Part shown: positions 47,526 through 60,114 of the stretch, piece by piece
Numbering within the stretch: position 1 is the stretch's first letter
Layout of the letters: every line of letters begins with the position of its first letter
From: Malacoraja senta
Lineage: Eukaryota
Assembly (NCBI GenBank): GCA_038087875.1
Contig: CM075988.1
Span: 20,276,001 to 20,340,000 of the forward strand
DNA: 64,000 nt
Direction of reading: 5' to 3'
Notes under the pieces: generated by a model
Seen by the model: the letters and a program-made list of their open reading frames with translations, nothing else
Told to the model about the DNA's origin: nothing
Database searches by the model: none
Translations under genes and position numbers: made by a program

Positions 47526-48224
47526 GTTCAAAGTAGCATGTGTGTTTGGTGCACATGTATTTATGTGTGTGCGTATTCGGGGTACATGACTACAGCAAGA
47601 ATCAGATCTTTTATGGACAAGTGGGTAGGCCAACTGTATTTGGGGTGAGTGCACTCCACATGCAAACAATACTGGCATTTGTGGTTATAGCAGCTAGGGT
47701 TCTGAACCATGATTATCTGAACATGGGACTGGTGGATTGGAGGGGACTTCCTGGCCACAGAACAATGCCAGAGGCCATTGCCTGGAGCATTGTCCTCAAA
47801 TCCTGCTGGACTTCCCTGAATGAAGCTGCTGGATACAAGACAGCCTAGCATTGAATCCACTTCACCTGCCAACAATTTGGGATATAACCCACCCACCCAT
47901 TTGGAACCTGACACACTGAGGACTGGATAATCCCCAGGAGGGTAATTTCACATTCAATTGCAGCAATCATTGCCTTTCCTTCCTCTGACTTGCCAGTCTT
48001 TCCATTTTGTTGTTTCTTCAAGCAATTGGATAGATTTGTGTTGAACAAGGAACTACACAAGCAGGGCAATATAAAGGGAGCCTTGATCCAATGCGATCAG
48101 TTTAGAACTTGGCAGAAGTTGTAGCTGTCACCTGTAAATGTGAGGTTCAGACATTGTGGGAGCTGCTTGGTCAGTTACTAGTGAGGCCACTTCTAGCTTA
48201 GGCAATCCGGAAACTCGGCAACCC

Positions 48225-48520
48225 TGAGGCATAGAAAGGATAGACAGTCAGAATCTTTTTCCCCCAGGGTGGAAATATCAAAGACTAGCGGGCATAGCTT
48301 TAAAGTGCGCGGGGCAAAGTTTAAAGGAGATGTGCGGGGCAAGAGGGTGCACAGAGGGTGGTGGGTGCCATGATAGGCGTGTTTAAGAGGCATTTAGTTA
48401 CACATGGATATGGAGGGATATGGATCATGTGCAGTCAGCGAAGATTAGTTTAACTTGACATCATGTTTGGCATAGACATTGTGGGTCGAAGGGCTTGTTC
48501 CTGTGCTGTACTGTTCTATT
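48225..48520 (+). mobile_element. CR1 3' fragment
   Basis: AAGACTAGCGGGCATAGCTTTAAAGTG...GAAGGGCTTGTTCCTGTGCTGTACTGTTCT. Confidence 0.85.
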
Positions 48521-48629
48521 TCAGTGTTCAGTAACGCAACACTGGCTTCAGGTTAGGAAGACTGTTTTAAGTGATTACAAAATAGTTTTTAATAGCTCTT
48601 GGGTCAATGTCATTAGAAATGTTTTGGAT

Positions 48630-48800
48630 AAAATGCAAAGTGCTGGAGGAATTCAATGGGTCAGGCAACATCAAACTAAAGAACTGTCCTGACCTGAAGC
48701 ATTGTCTGCCCATTCCTCCCCACAAATGCTACCTGACCCACTGAGTTCCTCCAGCACTTTTTGTACAATATTCTAGCATTTGCAGTTCCATGTGTTTTGC
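48630..48800. mobile_element. Penelope-like fold-back element, degraded
   Basis: AAAGTGCTGGAGGAATTCAATGGGTCAGG versus CCTGACCCACTGAGTTCCTCCAGCACTTT. Confidence 0.8.
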
Positions 48801-49344
48801 ACACTTTGGACATTTATTTGAGAAGGATCTGTAAAATGTACCCCTCGATGCCCATTATCCACCTGAGCAGTGAAAGGTACAAGGTGTAGACTTTGCTCTC
48901 CATTATAAACAGTGCTCCATTGTATAAAGCTGACTCATTCTCCTGTTCCTTGCCCCAGCTTCAAACATCTACTTGTGAAGCTTTGACTTGAATCCGTCTT
49001 GCTCTTGCCAAACGTTCACATTAGATTAAGTAGAGACATCGGTCTTTAATCTGTCTCGGGGCGTGTTTTGATAAGACCAAGAGAAGGATTTGTATTAAAC
49101 CACATTTGACTGAACGTTAAAGGATAAAGCTGCATTGTGTAAAGACAGCTTGGATGTGACACAGTAGAAGTTCAGAAGTGCCTAATTGGTAACAGATTTT
49201 ATCTTCTGAGTTGTACAACTAGTTTACCTATAAACTGTATGGATCCATTCTAGGTTTAGGCAGTTGCAATTGCAGAGGATATGACAGCACCTTAGTCCGA
49301 GGACAGTGCGAGCCGCAGATTCTGCAGTCACTTGTTAGTGTTTG

Positions 49345-49925
49345 CTTGTTTAGGTTTATTGTCGTATCTACTGAGATACAGGGAAAAGCTTTGTTTTGCA
49401 CTCTTTCCAATCAGATCATAGATACATAGATACATAGAAAATAGGTGCAGGAGTAGGCCATTCGGCCCTTCGAGCCTGCACCGCCATTCAATATGATCAT
49501 GGCTGATCATCCAACTCAGTATCCCGTACCTGCCTTCTCTCCATACCCCCTGATCCCCTCAGACAATGCTATACATAAATACGATCATGTCAAACTCCAG
49601 TGCAATAGATGGAGCAAAGGGGAAGACACAGAGTGCAGAATATAATTCTCAGTCTTGTAGCACACCAGTTCCATAGACAAAGTCCAATGTCTGCAATGAG
49701 ATAGAGGTGAATCATGACGGTACTCTAACTAGTGCAAGGACATTCAGAAGCCTGATAACGGAGGACAAGAAACTATTCCTGAGTCTGGTGGTATGTGCTT
49801 TTGAACTTCTGTACCTTCTGCCAGAGGGGAGCAGAGAGAAGGACAAGTCTTTGATTATGTTGGCTGCTTTGCTGAGGCAGACTGAAATGGAGATAGGGTC
49901 AATGATGCGGAGTCTGGACTGCATC
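49345..49925 (-). mobile_element. Rex1/Babar 3' end with a nested young CR1 tail (~49417-49558)
   Basis: CLSKAANIIKDLSFSLLPSGRRYRSSKAHTTRLRNSF in ORF 49712-49924(-); CR1 piece matches ~14840-14967. Confidence 0.88.
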
Positions 49926-50174
49926 TAAAACGTTGAGTTTGGCTGCGAACTGGCCATCTTTCACTCTTGACGCTTTTAAATGAATGATTAATTATTTGGT
50001 GATATAATGGAGCTGACTGCAATGGGTGAATTGATGAATGGAGGAAAGATGAGAAAATTAGAAGAGAAATGGCTTTTGTAGTTAAATACATTGGAGTAAT
50101 GTGAACCACCTGTGCAGGAGCTGTGAAGCTATTACTGGTTAATGTTTCGGGTTCACCAGGGCTTTTTTTTAATG

Positions 50175-50442
50175 TAGAGATAAATTGAGGAAACTGGCCC
50201 TTTGGCCCACTGAGATTATGCTGACCAGCAACCATGTGTATGCTGGTTCTATCCTACGCAATAGTGGCAATTTGCAGAAGCTAATTACCTGCAAGTCTGT
50301 GGGATGTGGGAGGAAACCGGAGCACCCGGAGGGAACCCACGTGGTAATGGGGATTACATATAAATTGTACTGACTGCACTCTAGTCAGGATCGAACCTAG
50401 GTGTCTGCCGCTGTAAGGCAGCAACTCTACCACTGTGCTGCC
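50175..50442 (-). mobile_element. HE1-type SINE
   Basis: GGGATGTGGGAGGAAACCGGAGCACCCGG...CAGGATCGAACC...GGCAGCAACTCTAC. Confidence 0.85.
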
Positions 50443-52741
50443 CTTGGTTTTTTCTTATTGATTGACTACAATAAAGCAGAATATCTGAATATTGCAAATG
50501 GCTGTGGGGATGAGATCTCCTTCAAGCCAGGATTGGATGGTGAGACACGATTGCACCAAATGCATGAAATTTGAGATTTGGGATTTGCCATCTGAAGTGG
50601 AAAATGATCCTGTTGAATGTGCTAGTTTCTTTTTGTGCTGAAGTGACTTCATGTGAGAGGTTTGGAGAGGCACTTTCCTTCTGCATTGGTTCTCAATTAA
50701 AGAATGGTGGCCCCCATTGGGGAAAATGCCTAATAGATTATAGAAATGTATGAATGGAGGAACATTCAACATGTTCCTCCATTCTGTGTTCAACATGATC
50801 ATTGGTGATACTCAACTCTGTACATCTACTTTTAACCATTCTTTAGTGGTTTTGTTTCACAGAAATCCCTCGGATTTCAGAACAATGGCCGAGTGGCCTC
50901 TCTATGCAATTGTTAATTCTGGCCAAATTGGAGCTGCCAGGACACTAAAATTGAGTAAAGGCTTCTGTGCTGTTAGGCCATTTAGTCAATTTAAATGTGC
51001 CTTCTGCAGAAATGGGACAAGCTGCAGAATGGTGCCAGCTTGTCTAGATCCCAGATAAGAGTTGCAGGGAAAGAATGGGACATCTGCAGATTCTTACAAT
51101 TAGGTGTAAATTGCATGAAACGGATTGGGTGATTGCAAACCAGACATACACATTGTAAGTATTGTTGCGAAGCTTTACTTTGCTAGATGTTGATTGGGAT
51201 AAGTGTTGAGTGTTGTCTGAGTTTCTTGAATATCTGGGCAAATGTTGCTATGTTTGCTTCCTTCCAGAAGCTCCGTTTAAATACAATGTATTGGTTACTG
51301 TATTATTGGGTTAGGGGAATGTCTATCATGTACTGTGTTAATCAATATCTGTTATTGGACTATAAAGAGACCATCCCCATATGGTTCGGCTCCTCAAGGT
51401 AGCTCCCACGAGGTCCTGTGTCCATCTTCTGGAAGAATGCTTGGGACTGCGTGACCTTTTGGAGTGTCTCTGCTTGCACGAGGCTAGAAGGTCTTGGCCA
51501 AGCAGATACAAGGATCGAACCCGCGGTGGTTAGGTATAGTAGTGGGGAACTGTTATTGTGTTTTTCCAAAATAAAGTTTAGATGCGCAAGTGCTTGACTC
51601 AGTATTTTATTGACTGAAACTAGACTGGGGGGGGAAGCTTAGAATGAGCTATTTACACAATTACAGAAGTAAGCGGCACTATTTGTTCCACCTGTATGTG
51701 AATGTCTTTCCAGAAATTCCAAGCTCCAGACTCCCATAGGAGGCTGGACATAAAGCAAAGATTAAACAGTAACTTTGTGTGAAAGCTGCCAATTGTTTAC
51801 TCCTAGTTCTTAACATTTTTTTACTTATTCCTCCCTACTTGTTCCAAAACATGTTGTACTGTTATCAACTGTCTGATATGCATTTTTAATACAAAACATT
51901 GTTGCCTATCCAAGTGCTGGTAATGCCATTGCAGACAGTTACAGGTATGTTATTAAAGGCAGGGCACTAGTTACTTGAGGTGAATGTGTGATTGGTTTGT
52001 TCCATACAGTCATGCAGTATGGCAACTGGCCATATAAGCTAGTCCCATTTGTCCATGTTTGGTCCATATCCGTTTTAGACTTTCCCATCCATGCACCAGT
52101 TCAAATGGTTTCTTCTGTTGAGTTCCTCCAATTGGAAATCTCCTTTCAGTGGCCAATATATTTCAGTCATTCTATTGTTGCCAAAAGCCCATTTAACCTT
52201 GATGATGGGAAACTTTATCAAACACGAAAGGGTCAAAGATATGACAGGAGAAACTCCGTGTTTCCCGAAGGAAGTAATAGTCACACCACGCAGAAATTGG
52301 CCCAACTCGTCAATGCCAAGCAAGAAGCCCCATCTACACTAGCCCCACTTGCTCACTTTGGCCCATATCCATCTAAACATTTTCTATGTAGTCTTGCAAA
52401 TTTACCAAATCTGTTTTTTGATAATTGACTTTTTGTGTGAATAGAAATGACTCTTGTACAGTATTTTTCATTTCGGTCGCAAAGCCTTTTCAGCAAATTG
52501 ATGCAAAAACAAAAAAAATTCTGTGATTGTACACATCGGTTCAGTCATGTATTAATCATGCGTGCAGGGCCTTTTTGCACAAAAAAAGCGCAGAATGAAA
52601 AAGTAAGAAATATTCAGCCGATCACTGTGGAGGGGGAAATGGTTAATGTTTAATGTTTCAATCAATGAGTTTTCTTCAGCTGGGCAAATTGCAGCCCTTG
52701 ACACTAGGCAACACTTTGACTTCAAACTTTCTTGCTGTTTA

Positions 52742-52768
52742 TCTCTCTCTCTCTCTCTCTCTCTCTCT
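52742..52768. repeat. (TC)n microsatellite
   Basis: Uninterrupted TC run. Confidence 0.95.
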
Positions 52769-53045
52769 AGGTCTGGTGAGCAACTTGGGAAATCGGAAAC
52801 AAAAACAGAAAATACCAGTGTTGTCAGCAGTTTAAAAAAAAAAATTGATATTAAAGTGTCTTTGGTGTGCTGGGCCTGATCTATCACCAGGCCCTAAAAT
52901 ACAAGAATGAATCATTTGAATTGCAGTTGATTTGCATCACGCCTGAGAAGTTGTTGACACGCCTGACAGTATGTTGTTGAATCTTTCACTGACGGGTTCC
53001 CATCAATTTCTGAGGCACTTTTCCGATTGACATTGCCTTAATACA

Positions 53046-53370
53046 TACATTGGTAAGACAGAGCACAGACTCGGCGATTGTTTCGCTGAACACTTGTACT
53101 GGGTCTAGCAAGGCCGGCTGGACCTCCCGGTTGATAGCATCTCGTATTCTACTTGGGTCGATTGCAGCAACACTGTGATTGTGTGAACTTTGAATTCCCC
53201 AATTTTGGGTAGCTACCCAAACTTCTTCACTCCCCACCCCCCCACCCCCTCACCTGTATCAACATAATTTGCAGGCTTTGGCCTGCCCCTCTTCTCTTCA
53301 GCTTTCTTCTCTTTTTATCCCCCACCGGCCACAATCGGTCTGAAGGTCCTGACCTGAAACGTCACCACAT
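53046..53370 (+). mobile_element. Penelope-like element 3' remnant: GIY-YIG endonuclease pseudogene fragment, 3' UTR, hammerhead relic
   Basis: YIGKTEHRLGDCFAEHLYWV*QGRLDLPV from 53046; HLVFYLGRLQQHCDCVNFEFPNFG* 53138-53212; CT-rich UTR; CTGAAG-GTCCTGACCTGAAACGTC 53340-53363. Confidence 0.8.
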
Positions 53371-54104
53371 CAGGTTCTCTAGCTATAGCTGCCTGACCTT
53401 GTCTGTGACCAGTACGAGTCTTGGTGTGCAGCAGCATCGCTTGGGGAACAAGCTTGCCCCACCCACTGGCCGGCAGTTCTGGGATTAACCACCGGGACTT
53501 GTTTTTGCTCAGAAGGTTGGTGGGTGACTCTCCTTAGAAGGGGAGGTTTATTCATGGTTATGTCCGTTAAGCTATATACCTGTGACAAAGAACTTGACTA
53601 TTGATTAAATGTGAATAATTGTACAGCTAGCAAACACAATGTAAAAACAGCAAAATGTGACCTGTGTGTCACTTTCCCATTGAATAAAATAGGGGTACTC
53701 TACCAACATGCAGAGTGTGGAGGAGAGTTTCATGCAAATTGTATGTCTTCATTAATCTCAGTCATTTACAGTGGAATTATTCAATCATTAATCTCTTAAT
53801 TTGTTGGATCAATTTAAATTACCTTTGGAAATTGTATTGATTTGATTCCAGGGGGCACGGGTGCACTGGATTGTGAAATAGTGTAACTAATTGTGGTGCA
53901 TTTTATCTCTCATCTCCCTTAATATAAATTTACCTTGGTCTGCTTTATTGATGGTGCCATCTGCTAAGCAACGAATGTTAGCTGTTGAGGAGGGTGATGG
54001 GTTGAACTGGTCTCCTGGTAGGAGAGTCTGAACACTTGTTGTCGGCAATAGACTGGGGACACAGGGATGTGTCTCGTACCAAACTTTAACACGACAAAAG
54101 ATCC

Positions 54105-54295
54105 AGCCACTGAGTTGTGGATGGTGGAATCTTGAACAAAACAGTGCGGCTCAGACAGAATCTGTGTAGGGAATGGACAGACCACGCTTTGGGTCGGGAA
54201 GGTGTAATCTGAAGAAGGGTCCCGACCCGAAACGTCACCTGTCCATTTCCTCGACAGATGCTGCTGCGTTCCTCCAGCGCTTTCTGTGTTTTGAT
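54105..54295. mobile_element. Penelope-like fold-back element
   Basis: Inverted arms GGAATGGACAG / CTGTCCATTTCC around the best-preserved core. Confidence 0.85.
54209..54236 (+). ncRNA. Candidate minimal type I hammerhead ribozyme core
   Basis: CUGAAGA, extra A, helix II GGGU-CCCG-ACCC, GAAA, palindromic ACGU, GUC cleavage triplet; helix I pairing is weak. Confidence 0.7.
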
Positions 54296-54845
54296 ACAGA
54301 TTCTGAAGTTGTTTCCACGCTAAATGTAACTGTTGGCATTTGATATTCACAATATTTCATTCTGTGTTGAAATGAGCATGTTTCTAATTTCTGATTTTGA
54401 AAGTGATATTGGCATCGCTGATGAGAATGGAGACACAGTCCAAGGCTGAACTGTCAAGCCTTTGTTAATGTAATGAAGAACAGAGATAATGCAGTGCTTG
54501 GAGATTAGAAAACTTAGAACAGTGTGTTCTGCTGGTTTCCATCAAATGTGCAACAACGAGTCGAATTTCTGCCTCTTCTTCTCTTTTGTCTTTTAAATGT
54601 TAATTTTGTGAATTTAGCGCTAAGATGTTGCTTCCATTTTCTTGTTTTATGTAGATGTTAAATGACTTGTGTTGGCAAAGAAAATGTTTCTTCACACAAC
54701 AATGCATTTGCCATAAAATTCCTTTTGAGGGTAAACTTTTAAATGCAGCACTTCAGAAATCTATTAACACAAGGTCAAACTAAATAAATTCAATTATAAT
54801 GGCAAACTTCATCAATAGCAGATTGTCTTTGATTCCAGCAGGTGA

Positions 54846-55045
54846 TCTAAAACACAAAGTGCTGGTGGAACTCGGTGGGTCAGGCAGCATCTGTGGAAGG
54901 AATGGACGGGTGATATTTTGATTCTGGACCATTCATCTGACCCAGGATGTCGTGTCCATGTCCTCCATAGATGCTGCCTGACCTGCTGAGTTCATCCTGC
55001 ACTTTGTGATTTGCTTAAGGTTCCAGTATCTGCAGTTTCTTGTCT
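54846..55045. mobile_element. Penelope-like fold-back element
   Basis: Inverted arms; possible TSD TCCAGCAGGTGA (54834-54845) / TCCAACAGGTAA (55045-55056). Confidence 0.82.
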
Positions 55046-55624
55046 CCAACAGGTAAGTGCTTGTCATTCACACAAGATAACATGATTTTTTGATAATGTC
55101 ACCGTCCGGTATCAGTTGCTTCTTGGTTCCTCCAGACCGATCCAGACTTGATGGTAATCCAACCTGACAACGTGCTGCTGTATAGAGTGAGTGTTGCACG
55201 GATCGAGCCATTGCCTTTCAGATGCCCTACTAAATCTCAGCCCTGTCCGCTCCTGAGGGTTGTAGCTTGAACTATCTTGAATAAAATCAAAGAGTTTGGC
55301 ATGAAATCCTGGTGTTTGTACCTTGCTCATGGACTTGATCAGATTATTTAATCATTATATTGGTCTTTCTATGCATAATTTGGCCTGTTTTGTACATTAA
55401 AATCATGACTACGCATGCAGACAAAAATCTTCATTGGCTGCAAGGTGCAGCAAAGCCTACAAATGGGGGAATTGTGTCCATTATTGCCAATCGTCAGCTA
55501 TAACTGAGTGTAATATGGCATTTCAAGAATAGGGAAACAACAATAAAATTGCTCTGGTAAAGGTGCCTTGTTTCAGATGAAACATTAAAGCAAAGCCTTG
55601 CCTGCCCGAAGCTGCGAAGGTCGT

Positions 55625-55975
55625 AAGGTCATAAGTCATAAGTGATAGGAGTAGAATTAGGCTATTTGGCCCATCAAGTCTACTCCACCATTCAATCATG
55701 ACTGATCTATCTCTCCCTCCTAACCCCATTCTCCTGCATTCTCCCCATAACCTCTGACACCCGTACTAATCAAGAATCTATCTAGCCATCTCTGCCTTAA
55801 AAGTGTCCACTGACTGCCTCTACAGCTTTCTGTGGCAAAGAATTCCACAGATTCACCACCCTCTGACTAAATAAAATTCTCCTTATCTTCTTTCTCAAAG
55901 AATGTCCTATGATTCTAAGGCTATGACCTCTAGTCCTAGACTCTCCCACTAGTGGAAACAGCCTCTCCACATCCA
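55625..55975 (-). mobile_element. CR1 3' fragment
   Basis: Highly similar to ~7425-7765, e.g. GGCTATGACCTCTAGTCCTAGACTCTCCCACTAGTGGAAAC. Confidence 0.92.
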
Positions 55976-56559
55976 AGGTCTCAATACAGACGGTGGTGTC
56001 GGGAGAGGCTGCCGAGAGAAGGGGCAGGCGTGCCCAGGGGCTGCCGTCAGCATACCGACCTGGCGGTGAAGGTCCGTACGTCTATTCATTATAAAGAGGT
56101 TTGTTTAACAACAGTTTACTGTCCTTTCAAACAACAAGAGATGCTTTAGAAACTGAACCTTGCTTTCTCTCAACTAACACTACAGAATTTTCTGCTAAGC
56201 CCTTGGCAAGTTGACACTTGTGCGGCAATGGTGACCATCATTCAGATTTGCACATGCTGTGAAAAGTCTAATGCGGATACAAGTTCTGGAGTTGGAACAT
56301 TGGCCCATCTCTCCTCATCCTTCCTCTCTGTCCCCAAAGACTTGGCGTTCTCCTAATGTACCACCATTCCACTTAGTATCTGTCTGGTGGAGTTACTGAT
56401 AAAAACCTTGTGTTTGGGCCTGAGAGAGTATCCAGAGAGAGTTCCCCCCAGAGCAACGGATCAGCTGTTCCTTGTCGACTGACATGATGCAGAAATGCTA
56501 CTGTTGACCCTTCATTGTAACATAAAAAATAACAAGTTCAAGGTTGCCTGAATCTTGCA

Positions 56560-56890
56560 TAAAAACATGGAAAATAGGTGCAGAAGCAGGTCATTTGTCC
56601 CTTCGAGCCAGCACCGCTGTTCAATATGATCATGGCTGATCAATCAAAATCAGTACCCCGTTCCTGGTTACCCCCCCCCATATCCCTTGATTCCATTAGC
56701 CCTAAGAGCTATATCTAACTCTCTCTTGAAAACATACAGTGAATTGGTCTTCACTGCCTTCTGTGGCAGAGAATTCCACAGATCCACAACTCACTGGGTG
56801 AAAAAGTGTTTCCTCCTCTCAGTGCAATGTCTTACCCCTTATTCTTAAACTGTAACCCCTGCTTCTGGACTCTCCCAACATCGGGAATCT
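56560..56890 (-). mobile_element. CR1 3' fragment
   Basis: AAAATAGGTGCAG...CTTCTGTGGCAGAGAATTCCACAGAT...TTCTGGACTCTCCCAACATCGGGAA. Confidence 0.9.
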
Positions 56891-57454
56891 TGCCAGTTAC
56901 CTGTTGCTAATGGCCGTTGTCATTTTTGGAATGATGATGTTGGTTTTATTTTTACCTCTTGTTCGGATCTAGTTGGACATCCTTCTGTTTTCACAGATTT
57001 AAAAGTACTTAATATCCCAAAGGCTTGCATTTAGCTCCCGTAATAACTCCTGGTCAGGTTGCAGAACCCTATCCAGTGCTCGGGGGATGGCAAGCACTTA
57101 ATGTACTGCATCAAAGGCTTGGAATAGCAGCATCTTGTGATCCCGTAGTACTCTGTGTACCATTGCTTACTGCAACGGGGAAATAATTTCTTTTCATCTC
57201 TGTGTGCCCTTCGGACAGAAAGTGATGCTTTTCACAAATCATCATGTGATGACCACTCTTGACTCATGAGGCGAGGCAAATGAAAACACTGAGGCATTTT
57301 GAAGGGTGCACAGGAGTTACATTGTGGTGAATGCTAATAATGCACACAGCTTGTTTCCATGATGAAACCAAAATGGTATGATAAGCAGTGCAAAATGCAT
57401 TGTGGTAGAGATTTGAATGATTTTTTTGCTATAGCAGAGAAAGCAAGAACTTGG

Positions 57455-57712
57455 GTGATGCAGCTGGTAGAGCTGATGCCACATTGCTGTCTCTGTGGAG
57501 TTTGCACATTCTACCTGTGACCGTGTGGGTTTCCTCTGGGTGCACTGGCAAAGAAACGCACGGGTTTGTAGGCTAATTGACCTGTAAATTTACCCTAGTG
57601 GGGAGGGAGTGGATGAGAAAGTGGGATAAGATAGAACTAGTGTGAATGGGTGATCGATGGTCGGCGTGGGCTGAAGGGCCCCACTTCCATGCTGTATCCC
57701 TAAATTAAACTA
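57455..57712 (+). mobile_element. HE1-type SINE with internal deletion
   Basis: GCAGCTGGTAGAGCTG...GGAGTTTGCACATTCT...GCTGTATCCCTAAATTAAAC. Confidence 0.85.
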
Positions 57713-58074
57713 AGAGACATTGGTCAAGGACAGATGTTCCAGATAGTGAATCTCTTTGTAGCAAATTGTAATAGACTGAACGTTCACATGTCAAGGAAAA
57801 CTGGTAAATACGAACAACAACATCTGTGCAGTCACATTGTAGCTGTTCCTATCAGACTAAATGATTATTTACCTCTTGCCAATATATAATACATAAGAGC
57901 CACTTCTGATTTGGATCAAGGTTATGGATAACATTAAAATAGAACTGTACCAATCAAGTCTCAATTTTAATTTCAAATAAAGTGCAGATTTGTCAACTAT
58001 TTTGATAGATAAATTTATTGGAATAACATTGAACTAAATGATAAGACATGTCATACATGTCTGATTGTGAAGCA

Positions 58075-58275
58075 TGTCCATATCTACCTATCGCTTACCA
58101 GATTCTGCCCACCCTCATCTCTTTTCAGCTTCCCCCTCCCGCCATCATTTTGAGAATGTTCCTAACCTGAAACATCGGTCCATTCCCTCCACAGATGCTG
58201 CCTGACCTGTTGAGTTCCTCCAACACTTTGTTGTTTTTCTTAAGCTCCCAGCATCTGCAGCTCCTTCGTATCTCC
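58075..58275 (+). mobile_element. Penelope-like 3' end (pyrimidine tract plus arm)
   Basis: CCTGAAACATCGGTCCATTCCCTCCACAGATGCTGCCTGACCTGTTGAGTTCCTCC. Confidence 0.8.
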
Positions 58276-59429
58276 ATACCTATTAAATTGCTTGCTCAGA
58301 TTCTCTGTCTATAAATTTTTCTGGGTGCGTGGGTTTGATTTTCTCTTGCTTTCTATCATTTTGGATCAATATCAGTAAAAATATCTGCTGATTAGTAATT
58401 ATCAGGTCTTCGTACTTCCATTAGTGGTGGGAAGTCACAGGTTCAGGAGATACTTCAGCAGCTGAGACTATATCCTATAGACCTACATCTATATCCTAAT
58501 CCGTAGTGGTGGAGATGCTATTTTCAAGACGAGTCATTAATCTATGATCCTGCCTTTTGTTTCTGGTGATCAAATGAATGTAGAAGATCTTTATTTCAAA
58601 CAAAACACTACATCTCTTGATACTTTGGCCTCCATTTCTATTTTGATAAATGCAATCAAACAGATTATTGCTGTCACATTCGGCCCTTTAAAGTAGTGGA
58701 ATGATTCAGAAATGGATTTGATGACTGTTGTCATCCTTGCCCCACCTGCTGGGTTGGCGGTTCATGGATGAGGGTTTATGGATTACATATTGATTAAGGG
58801 TGCAGAGGAATCATGTGCATTCCACTGGATATGTTAAATCGCCATGAGATGTCCATATGTGTGGATATTTGAGATATCCATTTTGGAATAAGGAATCTGA
58901 ATCATGCTCCCTGCATGACGACAATGATAGAGAACAAGCCTTGCACTTCCTCACTACAAGGTAGGAAGGCGGCCCCTTGCCCAAAGGCTCACTCCAGGTT
59001 AACTGGCTATTTAATCTCATTTTTTATACTTTCTGAGTATTGGGTCAAGTGGCAGATGGTTTTGTTTAATGAGTATCAGTGGAGAAGCACAGTAAATCTA
59101 CTCTTTAGTGGATTATAAACTCATGCCTCCAATTTCTTGGAAATCTTGAAAGATTGAAGTGGTTTGTGTCGTGTAAAGAAAAAGATAAGATTTGTAATTC
59201 CAGACACTCCCCGACTTGCGTAAGGGTTGTGTACCGCAGATCCTTGCTGAAAGTGGATGTTATGCAAGTTGGAAACGGAATAGCTACTGTGCATGTGTAA
59301 ATTCACTGCCTGGCACAGAGACCACGTGGGTGTCAGTGGGCTGAAAGAATTGTTGAACTAAGTCGGGGCGTGCCTGTAATTAGTTTTGCACAAATGGCGC
59401 TTCATCCTCTGAAATCAGGATAATGGATA

Positions 59430-59632
59430 ATGGAGAAACAAGACTGCAGATTCTAGAATGATGAGCCTGAAACAGTGCTGGCGGAACTCAGCGGGTCGGG
59501 TAGCGTCTGTGGAGGGAAAGGCTGGCGATGCTTTGGGTCTGAAGAAGGGTTCCAGCCTGAAACGATGCCTGTCCATTTCCCTCAAATGCTGCCTGACCCT
59601 CTGAGTTCCTCCAACACATTGTATTTTGCTTT
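59430..59632. mobile_element. Penelope-like fold-back element
   Basis: Core CTGAAGAAGGGTTCCAGCCTGAAACG from 59539 between inverted arms. Confidence 0.85.
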
Positions 59633-60114
59633 AAATAAGGATGTGTAAATGAGAATTTCATTGGATCCAATCCATGGTAAACCTTTAGAGTTGAGGTGAT
59701 CGTTGCTACCAACGCCCTCTAGTGGTTGGGTGATTACAGAACATTTTAAAATGGCTTGACACATACTGGAGTGCAGATAAGCGATGGTCTTAGCATCATG
59801 TTTGGCACTGGGCTGAAGGGCCTGTTGCGCTGTACTGTCTGTGCCAAACAGCAATAGTTGGTACAACTATGTATCAAGGTCATGTTATGTAGGGTAGATT
59901 CTTAAGTGTAGCCTAGATGTTCCAGTTATGCTTCACATTGATGGCCATTCACAGATACAGCAACAGTTCATCAATTCTGACTGATCATTGACCTGAAGTA
60001 TTATTTAGTTATTATTTGATTGCACTGTTGACCTATATTAAATTTCTTTTTTTATAATGGTCCATAAATTGCAGGGTCATGGACGAAAGGCAGACACCAA
60101 ATACATTTCTGCAG

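Noticed and set aside
55050..55058. Perfect splice donor CAG|GTAAGT
   Set aside because: It lies in the putative TSD at a repeat edge, with no supported upstream exon; chance occurrence is plausible.
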